Origin: a virus
Lineage: Duplodnaviria > Heunggongvirae > Uroviricota > Caudoviricetes
Direction: 5' to 3' (one strand)
DNA: 27,860 nucleotides
IMG/VR virus record: IMGVR_UViG_2547132277_000001
The first letter of the stretch is position 1. The number at the start of each line of letters is the position of its first letter. Below the pieces are notes generated by a model that saw nothing but the letters and a program-made list of their open reading frames with translations, did not search any database and had not been told where the DNA came from. A program made the position numbers and the translations under genes. Below, in pieces: positions 16,905 to 25,309 of this stretch.

Positions 16905-17972
16905 ATGCGCCCGGAAACCCGTTTTAAGTTCAATGCCTATCTGACCCGCGTCGCTGAGCTGAACGGCATCAGCACTGATGACGTCAGTAAAAAATTCACC
17001 GTCGAGCCGTCCGTCACGCAAACGCTGATGAACAAAGTGCAGGAGTCATCCGCGTTTCTGCAGACGATTAACATTCTGCCGGTCGCAGAAATGAAGGGTG
17101 AGAAAATCGGCGTCGGTGTGACCGGTACTATCGCCAGCACGACCGACACCTCGGGCGATGATGAGCGTAAGACCGCAGACTTCACCGCGCTTGAGTCCAA
17201 CAAGTACGAGTGCGACCAGATTAACTTTGACTTCCATCTGAAATATAAAACCCTCGACCTGTGGGCGCGTTTTCAGGACTTTCAGCGCCGCATCCGTGAC
17301 ACCATTGTTAAGCGTCAGGCGCTCGATTTCATCATGGCCGGTTTTAACGGTACCACCCGCGCCGCCACCTCTGACCGCACCAAAAATCCGATGCTGCAGG
17401 ATGTAGCCATCGGCTGGCTGCAGAAATACCGCAACGAAGCCCCGACGCGTGTGATGAGCAATATCACCGATGCTGACGGTAAGGTCGTTTCGGCAGTGAT
17501 TCGCGTCGGTAAAAACGGCGACTATGAGAACCTCGACGCGCTGGTGATGGATGCTACCAACAACCTGATTGACGAGGTTTATCAGGATGACCCGAAACTC
17601 GTTGCCATCGTTGGCCGTAAGCTGCTGGCCGACAAATATTTCCCACTGGTGAACAAGCCGCAAGAAAACAGCGAAGCGCTCGCGGCAGATATCATCATCA
17701 GCCAGAAGCGAATCGGCAACCTGCCTGCTGTGCGTGTGCCGTACTTCCCGGCGAATGCCGTGTTAGTGACAACGCTGGAAAACCTCTCTATCTATTTCAT
17801 GGATGAGAGCCACCGCCGCAGCATTGATGAAAACCCGAAAAAAGACCGCGTGGAAAACTACGAGTCAATGAATATCGACTATGTGGTCGAGGCGTATGCC
17901 GCCGGGTGTCTGCTGGAAAACATCACCCTGGGCGATTTCACCGCACCTGCAGCACCGGAAAGCGGAGAGTAA
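16905..17972 (+). CDS. N: major capsid protein (P2 gpN)
   Basis: 355-aa ORF following O, with the P2 N-family size and position. Confidence 0.88.
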   Translation: MRPETRFKFNAYLTRVAELNGISTDDVSKKFTVEPSVTQTLMNKVQESSAFLQTINILPVAEMKGEKIGVGVTGTIASTTDTSGDDERKTADFTALESNKYECDQINFDFHLKYKTLDLWARFQDFQRRIRDTIVKRQALDFIMAGFNGTTRAATSDRTKNPMLQDVAIGWLQKYRNEAPTRVMSNITDADGKVVSAVIRVGKNGDYENLDALVMDATNNLIDEVYQDDPKLVAIVGRKLLADKYFPLVNKPQENSEALAADIIISQKRIGNLPAVRVPYFPANAVLVTTLENLSIYFMDESHRRSIDENPKKDRVENYESMNIDYVVEAYAAGCLLENITLGDFTAPAAPESGE

Positions 17973-17976
17973 GCCC

Positions 17977-18726
17977 ATGACGAGCCCCGCACAGCGTCAC
18001 ATGATGCGGGTCTCGGCCTCTCAAGCCGCGCAGCGGGAACAAGCCCCGCTGCGCCATGCAACCGCCTACGAGCAGATGCTGGTAAAGCTGGCCGATGACC
18101 GCCGCACGTTGAAAACCATCCGTTCAAACGAACTGAAAGCCGCGAAAAAGCGTGAGCTGCTGCCGTTCTATGCGCCGTGGGTCGCCGGTGTGCTGGCTGA
18201 TGGCCGTGGTGCGCAGGATGACATTCTGATGACAGTCATGCTGTGGCGTCTCGATGCCGGTGATATCGCTGGCGCACTGGAAATTGCGCCATACGCGCTG
18301 AAGCACGGCCTCACCTCTGACTATCGCCGCACGACACCTTACATGCTGGTTGAGGAGGTGGCGCTTGCCGCGCTGCGCCTGCGCGATGCCGGTGAGCCTG
18401 TCGACCTCGCATTACTGCTGACCACCCTTAGCCTGACCGACGGCGCTGACGTTCCCGATATGGTGCGCGCTCGACTGCATAAGGTGACCGGTCTAACCCT
18501 GCGCGATGCCGGTCAGAGCGCCGAAGCACTGGCACAGTTTCAGCGCGCGATGCAGCTCGACCGCAATGCCGGTGTGCGCAAAGAGATTGAGCGACTGGAG
18601 CGGGCATTGAAGCCTAAGCCCGATGCCGCGCCCCGTAAAACGACTAAACCGCGCACGCGCAAACCTGCCACCAAACCGGCGGCAAAGCGCGGGCGTCCAC
18701 CAAAGGCGGTAAAAACCGCCGGTTAA
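17977..18726 (+). CDS. M: terminase small/endonuclease subunit (P2 gpM)
   Basis: GGAGAG RBS then ATG 17977. MTSPAQRHMMRVSASQAAQREQAPLRHATAYEQMLVKLADD... matches P2 gpM. The ORF track begins this frame earlier at 17881. Confidence 0.88.
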   Translation: MTSPAQRHMMRVSASQAAQREQAPLRHATAYEQMLVKLADDRRTLKTIRSNELKAAKKRELLPFYAPWVAGVLADGRGAQDDILMTVMLWRLDAGDIAGALEIAPYALKHGLTSDYRRTTPYMLVEEVALAALRLRDAGEPVDLALLLTTLSLTDGADVPDMVRARLHKVTGLTLRDAGQSAEALAQFQRAMQLDRNAGVRKEIERLERALKPKPDAAPRKTTKPRTRKPATKPAAKRGRPPKAVKTAG

Positions 18727-18819
18727 CTGAACGCTCCCCGAGCCGGGCGGCACGCCGGTCAAAGCGGGTTTTGACCCTGACGGCGACCGGCGTCCACCGC
18801 CCAACCTAATGAGGTTGTC

Positions 18820-19329
18820 ATGACGACAGTAATACTGAATCAGCCCGACGAACCGCAGGACGTACCGGGCGTGGTGATTCCCGCACCGGAGACGGGCGAC
18901 GCAGTGATTAAAAACACGTTCTTTTTCCCTGATGTGGATCCGAAGCGGGTGCGCGAGCTGATGCGCCTTGAGCAGACGGTTTCCGATGCGCGCCTGCGCA
19001 ACGCCATCAAGACCGGCATGGCGGAAACCAATGCGGAGCTTTACGACTACCGGCTGCGCCAGATTGCCGCAGGGTTTAAGACACTGGCCGACGTGCCTGA
19101 CGCCGAGGAAATCGACGGCGAGAATGTGCGCGTTTTCCACTACCTCAGCGCCGTGACGGCGATGGCGACCGCCACCCTGTATGAGCGTTATCGCGGGGTT
19201 GAGGCCACCGGCAAGGGTGACAAAAAAGCCGACAGCGTCGAAACCACCATTGATGACCTGTGGCGAGATATGCGCTGGTCGGTCTCGCGCCTGCAGGATA
19301 AGCCGCGCTGTATCGTGGGTCAGCTCTGA
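18820..19329 (+). CDS. L: head completion/stabilisation protein (P2 gpL)
   Basis: ...VIKNTFFFPDVDPKRVRELMRLEQTV... matches the P2 gpL pattern. Confidence 0.88.
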   Translation: MTTVILNQPDEPQDVPGVVIPAPETGDAVIKNTFFFPDVDPKRVRELMRLEQTVSDARLRNAIKTGMAETNAELYDYRLRQIAAGFKTLADVPDAEEIDGENVRVFHYLSAVTAMATATLYERYRGVEATGKGDKKADSVETTIDDLWRDMRWSVSRLQDKPRCIVGQL

Positions 19330-19532
19330 TGAAAGTCTACGCGATGCAGGGCGACACCATCGACGCGCTTTGCGCCCGGTATTACGGGCGCACTGAGGGC
19401 GTGGTCGAGGCGGTGCTGCAGGCTAATCCCGGTCTGTCTGAGCTGGGCGTCATTCTGCCGCATGGCATGGCAATTGACCTGCCCGACGTGGCATCGTCAC
19501 CCGTAACAGAAACTATCAACCTTTGGGAGTAA
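19329..19532 (+). CDS. X: tail protein X (P2 gpX)
   Basis: 67-aa ORF MKVYAMQGDTIDALCARYYGRTEGVVEAVLQANPGL... at the conserved position after L. Confidence 0.8.
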   Translation: MKVYAMQGDTIDALCARYYGRTEGVVEAVLQANPGLSELGVILPHGMAIDLPDVASSPVTETINLWE

Positions 19533-19535
19533 ACC

Positions 19536-19832
19536 ATGACAGAAGGGGAAAAAGGCGTCCTGTCACTGTTTGTGATTGGCGTGATGATTGTTGTCGGAAA
19601 AGTGCTGGCGGGTGGTGAGCCCATTACCCCGCGCCTGTTTATCGGCCGCATGCTGCTCGGCGGTTTTGTTTCAATGGTCGCCGGTGTTGTTCTGGTGCAG
19701 TTTCCAGATATGTCACTGCCTGCCGTTTGTGGGATTGGATCCATGCTCGGCATTGCAGGTTATCAGGTGGTGGAAATCGCCATTCAGCGCCGCTTTAAGT
19801 CACAAAAGGGGGATAGCGATGCCGGTCATTAA
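19536..19832 (+). CDS. Y: holin (P2 gpY)
   Basis: 98-aa protein with hydrophobic helices (LSLFVIGVMIVVGKVLAGG..., LLGGFVSMVAGVVLV...) and a charged C-terminus. Confidence 0.8.
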   Translation: MTEGEKGVLSLFVIGVMIVVGKVLAGGEPITPRLFIGRMLLGGFVSMVAGVVLVQFPDMSLPAVCGIGSMLGIAGYQVVEIAIQRRFKSQKGDSDAGH

Positions 19833-20316
19833 TACTCACCAGAATATCGCCGCGTTTCTGGACATGCTGGCCTATTCCGAAGGGACGGCGACGCATCCGC
19901 TGACGAAAAATCGTGGTTACGACGTCATTGTCACTGGCATTGATGGCAAGCCGGAAATTTTCACCGACTACACCGACCACCCTTTCGCACATGGCAGACC
20001 AGCGAAAGTGTTTAATCGACGCGGCGAAAAATCCACGGCATCAGGGCGTTACCAGCAGCATTATCTCTACTGGCCGCACTATCAGAAACAGCTCGCATTG
20101 CCTGATTTCAGCCCGTTGTCGCAGGACAAACTTGCGATTCAGTTAATCCGGGAGCGCGGTGCCATTGAGGATATTAAAGCGGGGCGTATTGAGCGAGCAA
20201 TTTCACGTTGCCGCAATATATGGGCGTCGCTGCCGGGTGCAGGTTACGGCCAGCGTGAGCACAGCCTCGACAAACTGGTCACTGTGTGGCGCACGGCTGG
20301 CGGGGTGATGGCATGA
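19819..20316 (+). CDS. K: endolysin/lysozyme (P2 gpK)
   Basis: MPVINTHQNIAAFLDMLAYSEGTATHPLTKNRGYDVIVTG... is a phage lysozyme N-terminal signature. Start overlaps the holin end. The ORF track merges it with an upstream out-of-context extension. Confidence 0.85.
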   Translation: MPVINTHQNIAAFLDMLAYSEGTATHPLTKNRGYDVIVTGIDGKPEIFTDYTDHPFAHGRPAKVFNRRGEKSTASGRYQQHYLYWPHYQKQLALPDFSPLSQDKLAIQLIRERGAIEDIKAGRIERAISRCRNIWASLPGAGYGQREHSLDKLVTVWRTAGGVMA

Positions 20317-20726
20317 AAATCCTGATAACGCTGCTGGTGCTGGCCGTGCTCGGGCTGCTGTGGTTGCGCCATGAGAACGGCAATTTATCCCGCTCCTTTG
20401 AGACGGCAAACCGCGTCGCAAGCGAACAAAAGACGACGATTGGCATGCTGAAAAATCAGCTCAGTGTTGCCGGTCAGCTTGCCCGACGTAATGAATCCGC
20501 GCAGGTGGAACTGCGCGAACAGCTCGCAAAGGCCAGCGCAGAGGCCAGCCGCCGTGAGCAGACGATAACGAGGTTACTTAATGAAAATGAAGCCTTTCGC
20601 CGCTGGTATAACGCTGCTTTGCCTGATGTTGTGCGTCGGCTGCACACCCGCACCGCCTGCGCCAGTGCCGGTGATTGTGGTCAGCGGATGCCCGAGGGTG
20701 AGCCTTTGTCCGATGCCGGGAAGTGA
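20313..20726 (+). CDS. lysB: i-spanin (Rz / P2 LysB-like)
   Basis: N-terminal TM helix (ILITLLVLAVLGLLWL) followed by a predicted coiled-coil region. ATG overlaps the K stop (ATGA). Confidence 0.7.
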   Translation: MKILITLLVLAVLGLLWLRHENGNLSRSFETANRVASEQKTTIGMLKNQLSVAGQLARRNESAQVELREQLAKASAEASRREQTITRLLNENEAFRRWYNAALPDVVRRLHTRTACASAGDCGQRMPEGEPLSDAGK

Positions 20727-20871
20727 CCCGAAAACCAATGGTGACCTGAGCGCAGATATCCGCCGTCTTGAGGGCGCGCTGACCGCCTGCGCGCTGCAGG
20801 TTAAAACCGTCAAACACTGTCAGGATGAACTCGATGCAGAAGCACAAAAGCCTGCGCAAAGCGCTGATTAA
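20581..20871 (+). CDS. lysC: o-spanin lipoprotein (Rz1 / P2 LysC-like), overlapping lysB in another frame
   Basis: Lipobox LCVGC and a proline-rich mature region (TPAPPAPVPV), in the typical embedded/overlapping arrangement. Confidence 0.6.
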   Translation: MKMKPFAAGITLLCLMLCVGCTPAPPAPVPVIVVSGCPRVSLCPMPGSDPKTNGDLSADIRRLEGALTACALQVKTVKHCQDELDAEAQKPAQSAD

Positions 20872-21301
20872 CGCCGTGCCGCAGCTCCGAAATAATCCCG
20901 ATATGCTGCGCCTTTTTGCCGACAACGGCCATACCGATTCCCGACTGGCGAGCTCGCTGTCGTTTGAAAAGGTGTACGTGCTTAACGTGGTGGTGACCGA
21001 CTTCACCGGTGACCTTGATTTGATATTCGTGCCGGTGCAGGCGTGGCTGCGTGAACATCAGCCGGACATTATGACCACCGACGACGGGCGGGAAAAAGGA
21101 TTCACCTGGATTATTGATATCAATAACGACGATTCGCTCGATATCAGTATCAGCCTGAGGCTCACCGAGCGCACGCTCGTCAAAGAGGTCGACGGCGCGC
21201 TGCACGTCAGCTATGCCCCTGAGCAGCCACTGCCTGAGCCGGTGACGCGCCCGGTCGAGCTGTACGTTAACGGCGAACTGGTGAGTAAGTGGGATGAGTG
21301 A
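20825..21301 (+). CDS. R: tail completion protein (P2 gpR)
   Basis: ...NPDMLRLFADNG...LSFEKVYVLNVVVTDFTGDLDLIFVPVQAWLREHQPDIMTTDDG...PVELYVNGELVSKWDE matches P2 gpR closely. Confidence 0.88.
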   Translation: MNSMQKHKSLRKALINAVPQLRNNPDMLRLFADNGHTDSRLASSLSFEKVYVLNVVVTDFTGDLDLIFVPVQAWLREHQPDIMTTDDGREKGFTWIIDINNDDSLDISISLRLTERTLVKEVDGALHVSYAPEQPLPEPVTRPVELYVNGELVSKWDE

Positions 21302-21749
21302 ATTAACCGCGCTGCAGGAACGCCTTGCCGGTCTGATTGCCAGCCTGTCACCGGCGGCACGTCGGCAAATGGCGGTTGAGGTTGCGAAAAAGCTGCGTAC
21401 CAGTCAGCAACAGCGTATCAAGCGCCAGCAGGCACCCGACGGCACCCCGTATGCGGCACGAAAGCGCCAGCCGGTGCGGAGCAAGAAAGGTCGGATTAAA
21501 CGTGAAATGTTCGCCAAACTGCGCACCAGTCGCTTTATGAAAGCCAAAGGCAGCGACAGTGCGGCGGTGGTGGAGTTTACCGGCAAGGTGCAGCGCATGG
21601 CGCGGGTGCATCAGTACGGCCTAAAAGACCGGCCAAACCGCAACAGCCGGGATGTGCAGTACGAGGCGCGACCGTTGCTCGGATACTCTTCATCAGACTT
21701 ACAAAAAGTTGAGAGTTTAATTATGGATGCTTTATGTCAACGCCATTGA
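21294..21749 (+). CDS. S: tail completion/virion morphogenesis protein (P2 gpS)
   Basis: 151-aa ORF overlapping the R stop, at the conserved position. Confidence 0.8.
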   Translation: MSELTALQERLAGLIASLSPAARRQMAVEVAKKLRTSQQQRIKRQQAPDGTPYAARKRQPVRSKKGRIKREMFAKLRTSRFMKAKGSDSAAVVEFTGKVQRMARVHQYGLKDRPNRNSRDVQYEARPLLGYSSSDLQKVESLIMDALCQRH

Positions 21750-21839
21750 CTTTGGATTCGCTGAGAATTATTATATAACTCAGCGATAGAGGTGGACTGG
21801 TGTCTAGGTGGGCGTGCCCACTGAGTTGGGTTCGATTCC

Positions 21840-22676
21840 CTAACCTCGTATTATTCCTCTCGATATTTTTATTGCTGGGTTTTCCTTTCTTATTTCATTT
21901 TTAATTTGCTCATCACAAATTAAATAATCTATGTTTTTTGCTTTAACAAGTTCTTTAACGCTAATGTTAATTGAATTTAATAGATTTGCATTCCGCATGT
22001 TAGCCCCTTCATAAGTAACGGATTTAAAATCACATCCTTTTAATATGCAGCTTTTCATTTCGCTATCTGTAAAATACCCCCCTTCAAAACTGCAGTTTTC
22101 GAAAGTGACATTTTGAAAACATGTATTAAATGCCTTAATATTTCTTAGCTTGCAGTTTTTGAATTTAACACTCTTAACTCTATTGCCTGTAATATTTAGA
22201 GCTTGAATTGTGCAATTATCGAAAGAACAATCTCTAATGTATGATTCGCTCATATTCAAGCCGGTTAAGTCAGCGTCTTTAAAATGTAAATATTTGATAG
22301 TGGACATTTTATCAAGTTCAATCCTTGGAACTTGAATGTTATATATTCCTTTAGCATTTAACTGACGTATGATTTTTATCTTCATAATATTCAGTTCTGC
22401 AGAAGAATGCTTTGCCAGATTTTCAAGATCTTCAATTAGTTCGTGAATAGCATCTTTATTTTGCCTTTTATTTTCAAAATAGTAAAGAATCACACCCAAA
22501 ACAAGAAAGTCTAAAATTGAAGAATTTGCATTAACAAGAAAATTCTCCATGAATTTTGAGTTGTAGTTATCATTATAAACAGACAACCCTACTATAAGCC
22601 CGGAGTATAAAAAAAAGATACCTATAATATATTTCATATTGCTTATTGTACGCCTAAAAGATGAAGTTCTTTTCAT
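21840..22676 (-). CDS. membrane-anchored pentapeptide-repeat protein (AT-rich cargo gene between S and V)
   Basis: Two predicted TM helices (YIIGIFFLYSGLIVGLSVY, ILDFLVLGVILYYF) then about 20 tandem pentapeptide repeats (CSFDN CTIQA LNITG ... VTFEN CSFEG ... ANMRN ANLLN). Markedly AT-rich compared with neighbours. Start chosen at ATG 22676; ATG 22637 is an alternative. Confidence 0.7.
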   Translation of the reverse strand: MKRTSSFRRTISNMKYIIGIFFLYSGLIVGLSVYNDNYNSKFMENFLVNANSSILDFLVLGVILYYFENKRQNKDAIHELIEDLENLAKHSSAELNIMKIKIIRQLNAKGIYNIQVPRIELDKMSTIKYLHFKDADLTGLNMSESYIRDCSFDNCTIQALNITGNRVKSVKFKNCKLRNIKAFNTCFQNVTFENCSFEGGYFTDSEMKSCILKGCDFKSVTYEGANMRNANLLNSINISVKELVKAKNIDYLICDEQIKNEIRKENPAIKISRGIIRG

Positions 22677-22813
22677 TACTACCTGCCATATGTTTTGTGT
22701 GATTTTCGAATGAGTCAACACTCAAATGATACATGAATGCACACCGAATTGTGTAGAAGAGCATACAGCTGAATCGTTTTGCTCTTGGCTTTAACAATCG
22801 GCATTCTTTGTTC

Positions 22814-23449
22814 ATGAACACATTAAACACCATTCAAGAGTTAGCACGTGCCATTCGCAACCTCATCCGCTCAGGCGTGGTGACTGAGGTCGATACTGTG
22901 CAGGGGCTGTGCCGCGTACAAAGCGGCGGGATCCAGACTACATGGCTGAACTGGCTGACCACCCGCGCCGGTCGTTCGCGGACGTGGTGGGCTCCCTCGG
23001 TCGGTGAGCAGGTTCTGCTGCTGGCAATCGGTGGCGAGCTTGATACCGCTTTCGTGCTGCCGGGTATTTTCTCCGACGATAACCCCGCCCCGTCTGCCTC
23101 GGCGGATGCGTGGCATGTGGCTTTCCCTGATGGTGCGGTCATTGAGTACGAGCCCGAAACCGGCGCGCTGACGGTCAGCGGCATAAAAACGGCCGACGTG
23201 ACGGCATCGGAGTCCATCACCGCAACCGTACCGCTGGTACTGGTGAAAGCCTCGACCAGTATCACCCTCGACACCCCGGAGGTGATTTGCACCAATAAGC
23301 TAACGACGGCGACGCTTGAGGTGCAGAAAGGCGGCAAGATGAGCGGCAATATCGAACATACCGGCGGGTCACTGTCGTCTAATGGCAAGGTACTCCACAC
23401 CCATAAACACCCGGGCGACAGCGGCGGGCAAACGGGGGCACCGTTATGA
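22814..23449 (+). CDS. V: baseplate spike/assembly protein (P2 gpV)
   Basis: MNTLNTIQELARAIRNLIRSGVVTEVD...GKVLHTHKHPGDSGGQTGAPL is near-identical in pattern to P2 gpV. Confidence 0.9.
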   Translation: MNTLNTIQELARAIRNLIRSGVVTEVDTVQGLCRVQSGGIQTTWLNWLTTRAGRSRTWWAPSVGEQVLLLAIGGELDTAFVLPGIFSDDNPAPSASADAWHVAFPDGAVIEYEPETGALTVSGIKTADVTASESITATVPLVLVKASTSITLDTPEVICTNKLTTATLEVQKGGKMSGNIEHTGGSLSSNGKVLHTHKHPGDSGGQTGAPL

Positions 23450-23793
23450 CGGCGCGCTATCAGGGGATGAACCGAAATACCGGCCTTGGCATCAGCGATA
23501 CCGAGCATATCAGCCAGAGCATGCGCGATATTCTGCTGACGCCGGTCGGCTCGCGGGTGATGCGTCGTGAATATGGCTCGCTTCTGTCGGCGCTGATTGA
23601 TATGCCGCAAAACCCGGCGCTCAGGCTGCAAATTATGGTGGCGTGCTATTCGGCTATCCAGAAGTGGGAACCGCGCATCAGGCTTACATCCATCAGCTTT
23701 GAGGCCGGCGACGCTGGCGAGATGTATGTCGATATTACCGGGATGCGTACCGATACCGGTGCGTCAGTTTCAACCACTGTTTCACTGAGTTAA
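23446..23793 (+). CDS. W: baseplate wedge protein (P2 gpW, gp25-like)
   Basis: 115-aa ORF with start overlapping the V stop, at the conserved position. Confidence 0.85.
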   Translation: MTARYQGMNRNTGLGISDTEHISQSMRDILLTPVGSRVMRREYGSLLSALIDMPQNPALRLQIMVACYSAIQKWEPRIRLTSISFEAGDAGEMYVDITGMRTDTGASVSTTVSLS

Positions 23794-23799
23794 ATAACT

Positions 23800-24708
23800 A
23801 TGGCAACCGTTGACCTGAGTCAGTTACCCGTTCCCGATGTGGTTGAGGAACTGGACTATGAAACCATCCTTGCGGAACGCAAAGCGACGCTGATATCGCT
23901 CTATCCAGAAGACCAGCAGGAGGCCATTGCCCGGACGCTCACACTTGAGTCAGAGCCGGTTGTTAAGCTGCTGCAGGAAAACGCCTACCGTGAAGTTATC
24001 TGGCGTCAGCGGGTGAACGAAGCCGCGCAGGCGGTGACGCTGGCCTACTCCGCCGGTAACGACCTCGACGTCGTAGCCGGGAACAATAATACCGAACGCC
24101 TGACCATCACCCCGGCGGATGATACCACCATCCCGCCGACACCTGCCGTTATGGAATCTGATACCGACCTGCGACTGCGCACGCAACAGGCGTTTGAGGG
24201 ATTGAGCGTGGCGGGTCCGGTCGGTGCATATGAGTATCACGGCCGCAGCGCCGACGGGCGGGTCGCTGACGTTTCGGTCGCCAGCCCGTCGCCAGCCTGC
24301 GTGACGATTACCGTGCTATCGCGTGAGGGGGACGGCACTGCCAGCCCTGAGCTACTGGCGATTGTTGATAAAGCGCTGAACGCCGAAGATGTGCGCCCGG
24401 TAGCTGACCGGGTGACCGTCCAGTCAGCCGAGATTGTGCCGTACCAGATTGACGCGACGATCTATGTTTACCCCGGCCCCGAATCTGAACCCATCAGGCA
24501 GGCGTCAGAGCAGAAGCTGCAGAGCTACATCAGCGCGCAGCACCGCCTCGGGCGTGATATCCGTCTGTCAGCCATTTATGCGGCGCTGCATGTTGAGGGG
24601 GTGCAGCGTGTCGAGCTGACATCACCGCAGGCCGACATAGTGCTGAGTAAGTCGCAGGCGTCGAACTGTACCGAGTACCAGATAACTATCGGGGGCTCGG
24701 ATGAATGA
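23800..24708 (+). CDS. J: baseplate assembly protein J (P2 gpJ)
   Basis: 302-aa ORF at the conserved position and size. Confidence 0.88.
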   Translation: MATVDLSQLPVPDVVEELDYETILAERKATLISLYPEDQQEAIARTLTLESEPVVKLLQENAYREVIWRQRVNEAAQAVTLAYSAGNDLDVVAGNNNTERLTITPADDTTIPPTPAVMESDTDLRLRTQQAFEGLSVAGPVGAYEYHGRSADGRVADVSVASPSPACVTITVLSREGDGTASPELLAIVDKALNAEDVRPVADRVTVQSAEIVPYQIDATIYVYPGPESEPIRQASEQKLQSYISAQHRLGRDIRLSAIYAALHVEGVQRVELTSPQADIVLSKSQASNCTEYQITIGGSDE

Positions 24709-25309
24709 CCGGCTATTACCCGTTGGCTCGTCGCCGCTGGAGGTCGCCGCCGCCGCTGCGTTCTCTGAGATTCAGCGCGTGCCGGTACCGCTGCGCACCC
24801 TGTGGAACTGGCGCACCTGCCCGGTAAAGCTGCTGCCGTATCTGGCGTGGGCGCTGTCGGTCGACAGGTGGGATGAGAAATGGCCGGAGGCGACAAAGCG
24901 CAGCGTCTGCGCGTCCTCGTTTTTCGTCCATCAGCACAAAGGCACCATCAGCGCATTGCGTCGGGTCGTCGAGCCGCTCGGCTTTCTGATTGAGGTGCGC
25001 GAGTGGTGGCAACTCGACGAGGAGCCAGGCACATTCCGCCTCGTTGTTGGCGTCCTCGACAGCGGCATCACTGACGAAATGTATCAGGAGCTTGAGCGCC
25101 TGATTGAAGACGCCAAACCGGCAAGTCGCCACCTGACCGGGCTGGCTATCAGTCTGAGCTCGACCGGCGAACTGTATGTCGGCGCGGGATGCTATCACGG
25201 CGACGCGCTGACTGTTTACCCCTACACCCCCGAGGAGATTGTCGTCGGCGGTGAATATTACCCGGCCTCGGCCATCCATTTGATTGATAATCTGAGAGTG
25301 AACGCATGA
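24701..25309 (+). CDS. I: baseplate/tail protein I (P2 gpI)
   Basis: MNDRLLPVGSSPLEVAAAAAF... at the conserved position, overlapping the J stop. Confidence 0.85.
   Translation: MNDRLLPVGSSPLEVAAAAAFSEIQRVPVPLRTLWNWRTCPVKLLPYLAWALSVDRWDEKWPEATKRSVCASSFFVHQHKGTISALRRVVEPLGFLIEVREWWQLDEEPGTFRLVVGVLDSGITDEMYQELERLIEDAKPASRHLTGLAISLSSTGELYVGAGCYHGDALTVYPYTPEEIVVGGEYYPASAIHLIDNLRVNA

Noticed and set aside
17881-17976. N-terminal extension of the M (terminase small subunit) ORF
   Set aside because: The extension overlaps the end of N. The ATG at 17977 is preceded by a GGAGAG RBS and matches the conserved P2 gpM N-terminus.
19588-19818. Upstream extension merging holin-region sequence into the lysozyme ORF (242 aa)
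   Set aside because: The extension is an out-of-frame overlap of the holin gene with an implausible Cys/Trp-rich translation. Lysozyme begins at ATG 19819.
21795-21845. Possible tRNA gene (GGTTCGATTCC T-loop-like motif)
   Set aside because: No acceptor stem partner, D-arm or anticodon arm could be folded within ~80 nt, and there is no CCA context. At most a tRNA-derived fragment or terminator hairpin.
22834-23631. 265-aa minus-strand ORF antisense to baseplate genes V and W
   Set aside because: Arg/Pro/Ser-rich low-complexity translation antisense to two confidently assigned P2 genes.
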